A stretch of 64,000 bases of DNA, taken from assembly GCA_009914755.4 (NCBI GenBank), contig CP068257.2, positions 18,080,001-18,144,000 of the forward strand, in the 5' to 3' direction. Position 1 is the first letter of the stretch. Every line of letters begins with the position of its first letter. The notes beneath the pieces are model-generated. The model was not told the DNA's origin, did not search any database, and was given only the letters and a program-made list of their open reading frames with translations. This DNA is from the human T2T-CHM13v2.0 reference genome, Homo sapiens. Positions 35,241 through 48,390 of the stretch are shown piece by piece. Made by a program: the position numbers and the translations under genes.

Positions 35241-35919
35241 GAGTTCTGGAGAAAACAAACATTCAAACTAGAGGAGTCACCATCTGCGAAAATTGATCCT
35301 GTGCTCATTTCATGACCTCAGCATTTCACTCATAGGTAAATTCTCAACAGAACTAAATAAAAATCTAGAATATGTATTAGAATGTTCACATAAGCTTTAT
35401 TCATAATGACATTAAAATATACTTCCACTTTACCCACTGCAAGCATTTATGTTTTCATAACATTATGCTACAGTAGTACTTAGTAATTTTGAAAATGTTT
35501 TGAAAAATTAGCAAGACTCCTTTCAGTCTAAATCAACTTCAGTCTTTATATTTAATTTACCAGGCATATTAAACAGTGAACACTTACATATAAATAACCC
35601 ATGTCTTTCATGTGGTTTCCTTGGCATTATGTATAAATATTTGATATAACAATACAGAAAAAAATAGAAGTTAAACATGAATCTCTCTTAATTATTTGCA
35701 AAACATTTGATTAGACTTATGGTGATATGAACTGTTAAAAACATCCTTTCTTATGAATAGTCTTGAAGTATTTGAATAGGTCAAAGAGATAATTAATTAA
35801 TGGGCAGAAGAAATATTTGTCTTGAATCTCTAAAACAACAACAAAAAAAAATGTGCTTTCCTTTCTCTTTTAGAAATGTCAGAAATTCCCCTCCTAAAGC
35901 CGACTTTATAATTTAAAGT

Positions 35920-36237
35920 TTTAATTCACTCATGCCTGTAATCCTAGCACTTTGGGAGGCCAAGGCTGGCGAATCATGAGATCAAGAGATTGAGACCATC
36001 CTTGCCAACATGGTGAAACCTCATCTCTACCAAAAATACAAAAATTAGCTGGGCATGGTGGCATGGCGCCTGTAGTCCCAGCTACTCAGGAGCCTGAAGC
36101 AGGAGAATTGCTTGAACCTGGGAAGTAGAGGTTGCAGTGAGCCAAGATCGAGCCATTGAACTCCAGCCCAGGTGACACAGCGAGACTCCGTCTCAAAAAC
36201 AAATAAATAAATAAATAAAATAAATAAAAATTTTTTA
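35920..36237 (+). mobile_element. Alu SINE (5'-truncated by ~13 bp) with perfect 15-bp TSD
   Basis: tcatgcctgtaatcctagcactttgggaggccaaggctggcgaatcatgagatcaagagattgagacc...gtgagccaagatcgagccattgaactccagcccaggtgacacagcgagactccgtctcaaaaacaaataaataaataaataaaataaataaaaa. TSD aaagttttaattcac occurs at 35905-35919 and 36238-36252. Confidence 0.95.
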
Positions 36238-39212
36238 AAAAGTTTTAATTCACATTTAAAACCGTTTTCTAGAAAGTACAATACTTCCTATTAATCTCAG
36301 TCACTCTCTCTGTCTCTCTTCCTCTTACGCACAAAGTAAAAATAAAATGAGATTTTTCTAAGGTTAGATGGTGAGACCTCTTTCATGTGAAACCCTGATT
36401 TCATGATATGTCTTAAATAATGTGTGAGGCATATTTAATTAAGGGATGGGGGGGCAGCAAGAGATGATGGTGTTGTCTGTTCTTATTTACAGACTACTAT
36501 GAAAAGTGGGACTATGTGTGGCAGATCCTTTAATTTTTCAGTGTCCCGTCTCTAGGCAAACCTGTTTTCAGCATAACAATTTGAGCGTGTGATATCCATT
36601 TTTCTGCTCTCTGCCACAGGTTCTTGTTTAAACAAAGGGAGAAGTGCAGTTAGGAGGTAGAACTGAGTTCATAGCTTACCTCCTTCCCCACAAGAACCAA
36701 ATGAGAATGGGAGCCCAGAGACAAATGTCCCAGATTATCTCCTTTATGCAGACAATTCTGGGAGGCATATGATGCTCAGATTTCCTGGATGAATTGAGTC
36801 CTTAAAACCTGACTGAGAAAATTCAGTCTCACACCTCTTTTTCCACTCTCCTGTATCTGACATTTCTTTTCCACACTCTTATTTGCTGGAGTTCCAGTCT
36901 TTCCCCCTCACTCTACCACACATACTCCCTGTACCCTAGTCTTGTTTCATAATGTGATTTTTGAGGTAACATAAAATTAAAAAGCTGCTTTGAAATAACG
37001 CAAAAAGAAGTGTCATTTGATTTAATGTGTAAAAAGCATAGGAAAGCTGAAAGTTACTGAGAGGTTTATATTTTAGGATAGCATAGAAATAATCATAGCG
37101 TTATAGCTAGGAACAAAAGTGTATCTATCCTCTTTCCTTCAATACATTAGTGAAAATATAGGTTATATACCATTTGCAAATTGCAGATAGTCAAATGCAA
37201 AGCTGGAGAGTAAAATCTTCTTAGAGATGAAGTTAGAACTCAGAAATCTTTAAACTTGTCTAGTTAGAGAGAAATACTTATTTCCTGTAACTACTTTGTT
37301 TAAAGCTTTTATATATGATGTCATTTAGTTGGAGGACAAAACAATAGTGTTACAACAGAATTCTTAATGTTTTAGTGCCATTTACAATGAAATGTCACAA
37401 TCTGAAACTTACTTTGATTCATAAGCAGTTCTCAAGCTTTATTTTTCAACAAGTTCCTTCCACTTATCTCTTGTGTTTCTCTGTAATGTTGATGTGCAAT
37501 GTATGTGTATCAAGCAAAGAGTATAAAAATAAAATCTTTTGGGTAAAAATTTCTCACAATATACTTTCCAATATATTATGTTCACAAGTAGTTTGTTATA
37601 AGATTCTTTCTTTTTTTTCCTGTTGCATAAAGCAGAAAATATTGTATAAAAAGCAGTGAACTATCATTTACATTTTTCTCCAAATTACAATATTTAGAGA
37701 GCCTTAGGAACTTTAATGGTACTGCTTACCTGATGTGCTCATAGTAATCTGTTTATTATAGTGTTGCTTAAACTACTGCTGATTTACATGTTAACAGGCA
37801 TATTATTTAATCAATGACATCAAACTCTGGTATTGAGAGTATAACTGTACTTCTTCATAAACTGGTGGATTGCAGAGCTGTGTTAAGTAAAACAAATAAC
37901 AATTTATGTCTCTTGTTAGAACATATTCTGCTGCTTATTTTCTTTTAAAGTCTTTTATGTGGAATCAATGTCAGGAGAGCATTTTATACTAATTTTTGTT
38001 TTTACTCTTTAAAGTACGTTAATGGCATCTTCTGGTTTCCCTATTGAGTTTCCTAAAATGGAAATTTGACAGCTAAGTATAATATACAGTTCATTAAATT
38101 TGAAAATAAAGTGAATCTCTGCATATTTATAGTACAATAATGGATTCATTCTGATAATTGCTAAGGTGTTTTGAGCCAAAAGTATGTGAAATATTCAGAA
38201 AGTTTGGAAATATATGGCATAAATATTTGTTTTTGAGGATGTATAAATCCAAAACTAAGATGGATCTGGTGTATGAATGCATGTTGAATCTGTTGAGTAA
38301 AGGTTTTTGGAGATGAGCAATTTCCTTCTGCAAGGTAAATGCAAATTTTTCAAGACAGCAGAGTGTTGTGTGCAAAGGCAGAAAAGATATTAACTAAATT
38401 ACCTGCTGTCCTGGAGACATTAATTTGCTTCATCGAGAAAGGTATTCTCAGAGTATTTTACTGATTCAGATTCATGATGGGGTCGAATGCATATCTTCCT
38501 GCTTAACAGTCAACCCTACATTAAACTATTTATGAAGGATAAAAGTAAATTGATCATGTATTTCTCAAGTTCTTTTGAAGGTAGCAAATAGATTAAACAG
38601 GATGTGGAAGAGTTTAGACTTCAGATAATCCTGGCTTTCTGTTATATTAATTAATGTTACATGCTTGTTAGTATATAAGTGTCTAATTTCAGTCAAAATC
38701 TCTATTTAGCTTAATAACATTTCCAGTTCCTGGATATTTAATGGCTGACATTGAAAATAAGCATGTAATGCCTGTGTCTTCCTAACCATGTAGAATGAAG
38801 ATTATAGTGGCTATTGTTATTTTTATTATTATTACATAGCATATTCAGTTGTGTGGTGTGACATCTATTAATTGAAAAAAAAACACAAGTAAGGACATTG
38901 CAATAATAAATATTAAGAAAGCTTAATTTCAACCAAAAACTTAGATGTTAATTCTGTGAGCATAATTTTTGGCAAAAAAAGAAGTAAGCAAGTTATATTT
39001 TTTTCTCTATTCTTTACCATTGATTATAGCAAAGTTTTATTAACTCACCACACAACAAATACAAAGGGAAAAGATAGAAGAGGAAAAAAAGGAATGCCTT
39101 CAACTACTCAGCGATTGAGTACATTATCAACCCTCTCACCTTGCTTGCTCTTATTAGAAAGAAAAGATACGTTAAGACTAGTTCAATTTTCTCTACAAAT
39201 CAGATTCAGTTT

Positions 39213-39252
39213 ACACACACACACACACACGCACACACACACAATACACACA
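39213..39252. repeat. (CA)n microsatellite
   Basis: acacacacacacacacacgcacacacacacaatacacaca. Confidence 0.9.
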
Positions 39253-39508
39253 TATGTCCTAAATTTTCCAGGATTTTTTGCTACATTAAAGATTATAAGT
39301 ATAATTATTTTATAGGCTTATTATATTATTATTACCTTATTTTTTCATTCGAATAATGATTTTAGAGCACATACACATATATAAATGTATACCTACTGAC
39401 ATAGTTCTACATGTGAATATATTGAAGATATACCTACCATGCTTAATAGAGAAAGCATTCGAGTTGGTGAGTTAATTATTTGTAATTTTGCCACAAAATT
39501 TCAGACAT

Positions 39509-40544
39509 ATTTATTTTTCTTTTTGTCTTTGAGGAGACAAACCCATTTTATTGTCTATCGTGTTATATAAAAATCTAGAAAGAATAGATTTGTACAGAAA
39601 AAACAAATGATAATAAATGGGAGCACAAAAGAAAGAATTTAAATTTGCTATTTTTCCCAGTGGTATTAAGATGACAATCATTTTAAAGCACATGTGTCTG
39701 GCTTCAGGGTAGGATTTGTTCATCGGCCAAAGCCTGCCATAAAACTATGGCTTTCAGTGTCTGTCCGTTCTACTGGCTCTTGACAGAACTTCTGAGGTCT
39801 TCAAGAAAAGTCATGTACTCCTGCTCCTCCAGGGCTGTGCTGAGCTCCATTAGCTTATGGGCAAAAGGGTTGGCCACCCCTCCATTCACAAGGAAATCCA
39901 CTAGGTGGTCATATAAGGCCGAGTCCCGGAAATCTGTGTTGAGTATAAAATTAGTGTCCTTTCATTGAGACTCCCCATTGGACTGAAAGTTACTTCCCTG
40001 ATAGAGAAAAGGTCACTCTCAACCTCCTCTTCTGGCCCACCCTCATCCTCTGGGTAGTGACAGTCCAGCACAAGGGCCTTCTTGCCACCACTCTTCAAAA
40101 CTTGGACCACGAAATTGGGAGGTGATGTCAATTCAGGCTCCTGTTCTCCAACTTGCTGCCCTTTCGAGGGTTCCTCCTTGCCATCAAGTGTCGGTGGGAT
40201 GCTGTTGTTAATGTTGAAAGTGACAGCGATCTTTCCCCGGCAGCTTTTCCCACTAATTTAGCTTCTGTCCCATTTAACTGCCGCTCCCATCCTCCAGACA
40301 TCTTAGGGAGGGTTTTATGCTTCTGGATTTTCCTCTCCTCCTCAATTTCACCATTCAGGATATCAACAGTCTCCTTCGGTGTGCAGCGCGCCACAGCCAC
40401 TGGGGCAGGACCTGCGAGGCCGCAGGAGGCCAAGCCATCTCTGGGACCCCGGGGACCCGGTGCGCACGCTGAGCAGCACCAAGGACGGGGCGCACGGCCG
40501 GGGCTACGGCTGCAGGAGCTGCCGGAAGGGCGCGGCAGGGGGTT
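39509..40544 (-). pseudogene. C1QBP: Processed pseudogene of C1QBP (p32/gC1qR, complement C1q-binding protein). 5'-truncated at about codon 25, with frameshifts. 10-bp TSD.
   Basis: Minus-strand translation (ORFs 40128-40433, 39901-40131 and continuation) reads ...PFRQLLQP.PRPCAPSLVLLSVRTGSPGSQRWLGLLRPRRSCPSGCGALHTKETVDILNGEIEEERKIQKHKTLPKMSGGWERQLNGTEAKLVGKAAGE...SPPNFVVQVLKSGGKKALVLDCHYPEDEGGPEEEVESDLFSIREVTF...DFLVNGGVANPFAHKLMELSTALEEQEYMTFLEDLRSSVKSQ*. This matches the recalled C1QBP sequence (FRQLLQPAPRLCTRPFGLLSVRAGSERRPGLLRPRGPCACGCGCGSLHTDGDKAFVDFLSDEIKEERKIQKHKTLPKMSGGWELELNGTEAKLVRKVAGEKITVTF...TSTPNFVVEVIKNDDGKKALVLDCHYPEDEVGQEDEAESDIFSIREVSFQ...LEDLKSFVKSQ). The coding sequence is contiguous and intronless. 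The stop is at 39770-39772 (reverse complement TAG). The poly-A signal is the reverse complement of cccattttattg, and an A-tail remnant follows. Confidence 0.85.
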
Positions 40545-41626
40545 ATTTTTCTATTTCATTTTGATTATGACTATAAAATACAAAATCAATGCATTCTTAA
40601 AAAGTGCTATAATGTAAAAATTATAAATATACAAAACACGAAGAATCAGCATGTAGTTTGTATTTAGAATTATTATGCAGTTAATATTAGCAGTGTTAAA
40701 CATGAATTTAATAGAAATGAGCATAATTCAGTTTATTGTGATATAATCTGTTTAGGTGAATCATAGTCTTCACATTTGTAGATTAGCTATTTTTGAAATG
40801 TATAAGATAGCACAAAGTATGTGATGGCATAAGAGTAGATGCATGTTGAATCTTCCATGCTCACCTTTGGTGTCAGGGAATTATTTATTCTACATTACAT
40901 ATGTATAAGTACCAGTTAATAAATTTAATCATGTTAATGTTGAACACAGAATTTTATGCAAGGAATGCCCTCCACCCATTAACTTCCTGAGTCCTAAACT
41001 GTTGAGTGTACAACCACTGTGAAAATAATATAATGATGAAGACCTGCTAAGTACATCTCTCTAGAGCAGCATTTTAAATATGGCACTGCTTGGTCAGCTC
41101 ACTATAAAAAGAAGTATCAAGACTAGGTTTGAGAGTTAAGATCCCTTAGGGCCAGGCATCCATTCTATAAGACAGGCAGAGGTGCATTTCTTATCTCTTC
41201 AATGATAATAAAAGCTTTTTATGTACTAGTATCTATGGTTCCAGCATCACAACCACTCACTAAGAAATTCTCCAGTGGTTCTTACAGGATCCAAATCAAT
41301 TAGTGTGGCAGTTTCTCCCTTCATGTTACCATTTGCACTAGTGTCGTTAAGGCCCCTACTCTTACAGGGTGGTTTACAAGAATCCAGATCTGTTAAATTG
41401 GCAAGTTGTGTAGAGAATAGGACTTTGGGATAGATGGGGAATGTGATTCCAAATTCCATCTAGGTCTCCTGTAATGTGATTCTCCAGATTGGCCTTCTCT
41501 TCTCTTTATGCAATTGCTCCTCATTCCTCTTGCTTTTCTTCCCCATACCCAGTCCTCTCTATTTTTGTTATATTAGAAACAGGTTCTAAGCACAAACACT
41601 CTCTAGCAGTGATTCTTTTGATCTCT

Positions 41627-41720
41627 GTGTGTGTGTGTGTGTATACAAATTCTTAAGTTTATATATATACGTGTGTATATATATACCACATATATATAAG
41701 TATATGTGGTATATGTTTGT
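41627..41720. repeat. (TG)n followed by (TA)n-rich compound microsatellite
   Basis: ctctgtgtgtgtgtgtgtgtatacaaattcttaagtttatatatatacgtgtgtatatatataccacatatatataagtatatgtggtatatg. Confidence 0.85.
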
Positions 41721-42020
41721 ATTCTATCAGAAAGACTTCCACATATAAGGCGAAGGAAATAGAGAGCAACCAGACTAATACTCGAACGTGTGGCACACCC
41801 TAGAAATTACTAAATCAGTTATTAAAAATATAGTTAACTTCATTTTCAGCTACATAATAAGGAGCAATAAAGTGCAAAATGACAGTACAGTTTCATAGTG
41901 CTTCATTAGTGATCATCTCAGTCCCTATTTCTAACTAGATAATTTTTGTATGGAACTTTTACTCTGCATCATTATTTGATTTTGTCACTGTATTAGCCAG
42001 AGAACCACAGAACCAATGGA

Positions 42021-42092
42021 TGTGTGTGTGTATGTGTGTGTGTGTATGTGTGTGTGTGTGTGTGTGTATGTGTGTGTGCGCGCGTGTGTGTA
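42021..42092. repeat. Imperfect (TG)n microsatellite with GC interruptions
   Basis: tgtgtgtgtgtatgtgtgtgtgtgtatgtgtgtgtgtgtgtgtgtgtatgtgtgtgtgcgcgcgtgtgtgtag. Confidence 0.9.
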
Positions 42093-42289
42093 GATATATT
42101 GTCTTAAGCAGTTTGGGATAAAATGCCATATACTGGTTGGCTTATAAACAACAGAAATGTATTTCTTAAGAGTTCTGGAGGCTGGACGTCTGACATCAGG
42201 GTATCAGCACGCTCGAGTTCTGGTGAGAGCTCTCTTCCAAGTTGCAGACTGCTAACTTCTCATTATATCCTCACATAGTGGAAAAAAGC

Positions 42290-42440
42290 GCTCTGTGGTC
42301 TCTTTTATAAGGGCATTAAACCCATTCACAAGGGCTGTGCCCTCATGACCTAATCATGTTACAAATGCCCCACCTCTAAATATCATCACGTTGGGGTCAG
42401 AATTTCAACATACACATTTTGAGTGAACACAAACATTCAG
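42290..42440 (-). repeat. Fragment of the same ancient repeat family as 16596-17010 and 34340-34700
   Basis: ctctgtggtctcttttataagggcattaaacccattcacaagggctgtgccctcatgacctaatcatgttacaaatgccccacctctaaatatcatcacgttggggtcagaatttcaacatacacattttgagtgaacacaaacattcagttcat. Confidence 0.5.
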
Positions 42441-42477
42441 TTCATTGCATATAGATATGAAATTTTTCTTCATTACA

Positions 42478-42552
42478 TGTGTATGTGCATGTATGTATAG
42501 ACACACACACGCATGCCCACATGCACACACATGTACACCCATATATGTGTGA
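42478..42552. repeat. Imperfect CA/TG-rich simple repeat
   Basis: catgtgtatgtgcatgtatgtatagacacacacacgcatgcccacatgcacacacatgtacacccatatatgtgtg. Confidence 0.7.
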
Positions 42553-42597
42553 GGAAGGAAGAGAGAGAAGCAGGAAGATTTTTGTTAATGTTTTGTT

Positions 42598-42842
42598 AAC
42601 ATTTATTTTAAGTTCAGGGGTACATGTGCAGTTTGTTATGTAGATAAATCCATGTCTTGGGGGTTTGCTGGACAGATTATTTTGGCAGCCAGGTATTATG
42701 CTTAGTACCCATTAGTTATTTTTCCTGTTCCTCTCTTTCCTCCCACTCTCCACCTCCGGTAGGTCCCAGTGTGTGTTGCTGCCCTCTATGTATCCATGTG
42801 TTCTCATTATTTAGCTCCCACTTACAAATGAGCACATGGAAA
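42598..42842 (-). mobile_element. L1 3'-terminal fragment (~245 bp, older L1PB/L1MA-like), minus orientation
   Basis: ttttaagttcaggggtacatgtgcagtttgttatgtagataaatccatgtcttgggggtttgctggacagattattttggcagccaggtattatgcttagtacccattagttatttttcctg...gtgtgttgctgccctctatgtatccatgtgttctcattatttagctcccacttacaaatgagcacatgg. Confidence 0.85.
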
Positions 42843-43525
42843 TTCTACCAGATGCACATCCAAATTCTACAAGATATTTCTTTTAAGAAAGTGGCTCACA
42901 GAACTGGGGAGACCGGTAAAGTCCAAAATTGGCAGGGCAGGCCAGTAGGCTGGAGATGCCAGGAGGAGTTACTGTTGCAGCTCATGTAGGAAGACAATCT
43001 GGAGACAAAGTTTCCTCTTTCTCTGGGGCTCTCAATCTGTTTTCTCTCGAGGTCTTCAACTGAACGGTTGATGCCCACTCACATTATGGAAGGCAGCTTG
43101 CTTTATTAGAAGTCTACTGATTTAAATGTTGGCCTTATCTAAAAACTGCCTTTACAGAAGTATTCACATTGTTGGACCAAAGATTTGGGTACTGTGACCT
43201 AGTCAAGTTGTCACCTAAAATGAACCATCATGTCACCTGCAATCTCATTTAAAATGCATGTCTATATATCACGATTTTTCATTTTGCTGTTTACATTCCC
43301 TCACTATCAACTTAATATTTCTACCTCTAGCCATGTCTGTTTCTATTTTCACAGAATTTAAGATTTTCTTATCAAATGCAATCTTGGTATATTTCTGTTG
43401 TCTCTGCTGATTTTCATCAAAATTGGATTTCTTTATTGTTACTTCTTTTTGACATTCTGAACGTTGCCTTTCTCTTCTGTATATTTTTTACTCACTTGTT
43501 GTGAGTCTGCAAGGTTATTTTATAG

Positions 43526-43891
<366 letters not shown>

Positions 43892-44039
43892 AAAAGTTTC
43901 CATCATTTCACAGATTAAATTGTATGTGTGTGTGTTAATTATTATATATTCCCGCAACTCAACATTTCTGACTAGTTTTTAATAATCCTGTTTATAATTT
44001 TATATACATTAACAGCATCAATTTTAATTGATGACTGTT

Positions 44040-44345
44040 ATAGACAAAATGTTTATGTCCAACCCCCAAATTCATGTGCTGAAATCCTAACCCTAAGGAG
44101 ATGGGCCTTAGGGCCTTCTTCAGGTGATTAGGTCATGAGGGTGAAACCCTCCTGAATGGGATTAGTAACCTTATAAAAACAGTCCAGGAGACCTTGGACT
44201 TGCCCCTTGCCCCTTCCACCATGTGGGGACATTGAGGAGATAGCCATCTGTGAACCAGGGAGGGGACCCTAACCAGAAACTAAATTTGCCAGTCCCATGG
44301 TCTTGAACTTCCCAGCCTCCAAAACTGTGAGAAATAAATTTCTGC
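44040..44345 (+). repeat. Ancient interspersed repeat, same family as 16596-17010, plus orientation
   Basis: ...ggccttcttcaggtgattaggtcatgagggtgaaaccctcctgaatgggattagtaaccttataaaaacagtccaggagaccttggacttgcc...cttcccagcctccaaaactgtgagaaataaatttctgctgtttataatc. Confidence 0.55.
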
Positions 44346-47149
44346 TGTTTATAATCTTTTTTATAGCTTATAGCTGCCTGAACAGACTAGGATAACAAAC
44401 ACAATAGAAATAAAAAATTAAAAATGCCATCCACATAGCAGTCATTTTTTGTTAAGCATAGACTTTATGTTATATTTATATTATATTATAATTTTATATT
44501 ATAAAATTTTAAATATGCTTTTTCATATGCCACCACAGTAATCAATTGCTTACTTGCTGCTAAGAGCCTTAGTAGAACTTCATGACATTAGAGACAAACA
44601 TACCTATCCCACAAATGCAGTGTCTGACACAAAATAGGTAGACAATCATTAATGGTTAAATAAATATCAATTGAATGGGATTGCTAGATTGACTTGACAA
44701 AATCATTAGCTTTATGTGAGGTACCTACCATGTGGTTCAAATGAAATATAAAATTTGGTTCATGCCCACAAGCAATTTTAAATTGGTTTGGAGATTTCTA
44801 TTTTAAATACATAAAACTCTAATAAGTGTCACGAATAACATACTTAAGAGACAAAGCCCATACATGCATTACACTAACCAAAATCAGATGATACGAGGCA
44901 GTGTGGTTTTTGCATTTTTAAAAGGCATACAGCGTAGTTGATCAGAATTTCTTAAGGCCATGTGTAGAGTTCTCTAAGTATTGAAATCTGGCACGTCACT
45001 TTGGGCCAGTCTCAGAGAAAATGTAAAGATAATCAGTTTGGAACTGATATAAGAGTGGTTACTAGGGGAAATAAAGATAGAACAAAGGGAAATTGTGAAA
45101 AAGTCACTATAATTGCTTTATAAATTGATCAGGTATTACAGAAAACTCTACAAAGCATTTGATTACAGCAATATATTTATAACTGATATTAAACTGCAAA
45201 ACAAAACAAAGTAAACTTAATGAGAGAGAGGAAGAAAAAGAGGGAGAGACATGGAGAGAAGGCTTGAACATATCTTTGAGTAATGCACAAATCTGATTGC
45301 ACTAAGATGAACAAGACACCTGACACAAATTATCTTCTAAAATAATACACCCAAATAATCTACATATAAAGTTAATATTAAATGCTTATTCTTGGTGTTA
45401 CAGAAATTTGCTGCCTTTGCACAGTACATTATTTAAGCTAATTTGCTTCTCTGACTAATATTCATAACAGAATCTCACTGGTATAGTCATCAGTGACTTA
45501 CTGGCAATATAAAATAATTGAAATTATCAACAGAAGAAATTAAAGGATGAAGGTTTAAATGATAGAACTATAATACATGCCAGCAATTTCTCAAAGTGAA
45601 TTACCCAAATATAATTGCATATCTCTGTTGTGTTCTAAAGTTCAGCAGCCTGGAATGTTATTTAATTATGCATGCATTAATAAGAAACTGCATCCCAAAA
45701 AGGGGAAAATAATGGAAAAACTGTTTAAAACTTATATGGACTACAAATCTAGTAATAATATTTAGGTATTATATGCTCTATTTTCTATTATATTCCTTCT
45801 AGATACATCAACCAAATAGCTTGAGACTAATATAAATTATCTCTTATATAATCATATTAATCGATCTCATCGCCAAAATGTAAGGATCAAAATCATACTT
45901 TGTACATTATTTTGTTTTGAAAATACTGACTTTATGCATCTACCTTCAACCAGGTTTTGAATTTGACACACATAAATTTGAATTTGTTAAGCTTGTCTTT
46001 AATGTAGTCATGCAGATGGATGGCATGGTTTAAATAAACTTTCCTAACCTATTACCTCTTTAAAGGATTTTGTTTCTATAAAAAAGAACATAGATGTTGT
46101 TAATGATGTTTATTGTCTCTCTTTTTGCAATGATAATGAAACCAGTATTGCTTAATTATGAGTCATTTCCATATTACTAGAAAGGTATAGTGATTTGTCT
46201 TAAGTAATACTAATTAGGACATTTACTAGCTGAGATTAAAATAGATTATAACTATCTATATTTTAAAGAAAATTTTATCTTCAATGCATTCATAGGATTT
46301 GGGTACACCAAAAGAGAAACTCTAAAATTCAAAGAAGCAAGTGAAGAAAATGTTAACTATAATTCAAAAGTAGTATATTCTGAGAGTAGAAATATCCGAT
46401 TTTCTGATGAGTGCAAATTTTTCTCTCAGATTCTTAGATGTGAGATTGTAGTTCCAAACTACAGTCTGAAAATACACAGGTGCACTTTGAACTGTCTGAA
46501 AATTGAATAAATAGTTGATATATATACATTCATACAAGCATGTTTGTGTTTAAATATTTTTAAATCTTTATGAAATAAAATGTAAATCTGAGCACTCTTT
46601 TGCTAGACATATGATGTTATTTCAATCAATGTATACAATAACTATAACTGCTAATGAAGAAAATATCTGCAAAACAAATAGAAAATATTATTTTGAAGCA
46701 GGATACCTGAACAAAACTTTTTTGCATGTGTTGGATAGGAAACACATTACATAATGCAACTCTGATTTGGAACATAATGGTGTATGTTCAGAAAGAAAAT
46801 TGCTTGCTTAAAACGTATCTTTTTTGTTACTTTAAAATTTTTTGATTGACAAATATAAATTGAATATATTTATCATGTACAACATGTTTGGAAATATGCA
46901 TACATTGTGGAATGGCTAAATTGAGCTGATTAACATATGCATAATTGTAATTTTTGTAGTGAGAACATTTAAAATCTTCCCTCTTAGCAATTTTCCGGAG
47001 TATGTACAATACATTAACTACAGTCACCATGTTGCATAATATGTCTCTTTAACTTATTTCTCTTATCTAACTGAAATTTTGTCTTAAAAATATCTTTTTA
47101 TATTTTAAATTTTACTTATTTTATAAATAAAATTTTAGTTTTTAATTCA

Positions 47150-48390
47150 ACTCTTATTTTAAATACAGGGATACATGTGCAGGCTTGTTACATGAGTATA
47201 TTAAACCCAGGTTGTGAGCATAGTATTCAATAGGTAATTTTTCAATCCACACCCCTCTCCTTCACTTCCTCCTCTAGTAGCCACAGTATCTTTTGTTCCC
47301 ATGTTTAAGTCCATGTGTGCTCTATGTTTAGCTCCCACTTATAAGTGAGAATGTGTGGTATTTGGTTTTCTGTCCCCTCATTAATTCACTTAGGATTATG
47401 GGCTCCAGTTCAGTCCATGTTGCTGTGAAGGACACAATTTATTCTTTTTTTGGCTTTATAGTATTCCATGTCATAGACGTACCACATTTTCTTCACTCAA
47501 TCCACCACTGATGGGCACCTAGGCTGATTTCATGCCTTTGCTGTTGTAAATAGCATGGCGATGAACATGCAAACGCATGTGTCTTTTGGGTATAATTATC
47601 TATTTTCCTTTCTTTATATACTCAGTAATGAGATTGCTGTGTCAAATGGCAGCTCCCTTTTAAGTTCTTTGAGAAATCTCCAAGCTGCTTTCCATAGTGG
47701 TTGAACTAACTTACATTCCTACCAACAGTATACAAGCATTCCCTTTTTTTAGCACTCTCACTAGTGTCTGTTGATTTTTGACTTTATAATAATAGCCATT
47801 CTGACTGGTGTGAGATAACTCATTGTGGTTTTAACCTGAATTACTCTAATGAATAGTGATGAGCATTTTTTCATGATTTTTGGCCACTTGTGTGCTTTTT
47901 TTTTTTTTTGAGAAGTGGCTGTTCATGTCCTTTGTCCATTTTTTATTTTATTTTATTTTATGTTTTGCTTGTTGATTTGTTTGAGTTCCCTACTGATTCT
48001 GGATATTAAACCTTTGTGAGATGCATGGTTTGTGAATATTATCTCCCATTCTGTGAGTTGTCTGTTTAATCTATTGATAGTTTCTTTTGCTGTGCACAAA
48101 CTCTTCAGTTTAACCAAGTCTCACTTGTCAATGTTTGTTTTTGTTGCAATACTTTTGGGAACTTAGCCAAAAATTCTTTGCCAAGGTCAATGTCAAGAAG
48201 GATATTTTCCGAGTTTTTTTCTAAGATTCTTGTATTTTGATATCTTACATTTAAATCTTTAATCCATCTTGAGTTTTTATTATTTTGTACATGGTGAAAT
48301 GTAGGGGTCTAGTTTCAATCATCTGCAAATGGTTAGGCAGTTATCCCAGCACCATTTATTGAATAAAGAGTTCTTTCCCTGTTGCTTTAA
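47150..48390 (-). mobile_element. L1 (older primate subfamily, L1PB/L1MA-like) 3' ~1.2 kb, minus orientation
   Basis: ...aaatacagggatacatgtgcaggcttgttacatgagtatattaaacccaggttgtgagcatagtattcaataggtaatttttcaatccacacccctctcc...ccatgtgtgctctatgtttagctcccacttataagtgagaatgtgtggtatttggttttctgtcccc...ccattctgactggtgtgagataactcattgtggttttaa...ctcccattctgtgagttgtctgtttaatctattgatagtttcttttgctgtgcacaaactcttcagtttaaccaagtctcacttgtcaa...tcccagcaccatttattgaataaagagttctttccc. Confidence 0.9.

Noticed and set aside
40380-40545. CpG-dense, GC-rich patch that could be taken for a CpG-island promoter
   Set aside because: It corresponds precisely to the reverse complement of C1QBP codons ~25-75 (...PFRQLLQP..RLCTRPFGLLSVRAGS...RGPCACGCG..SLHT) inside a retrocopy with a TSD. 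It was carried in by retrotransposition and has no native promoter context.
40153-40617. 154-aa plus-strand ORF through the GC-rich block (MLPFRGFLLAIKCRWDAVVNVESDSDLSPAAF...)
   Set aside because: It lies on the antisense strand of the C1QBP processed pseudogene. Its GC-richness and openness derive from the parental gene's GC-rich leader coding region, not from an independent gene. It has no homology to anything I recognise.
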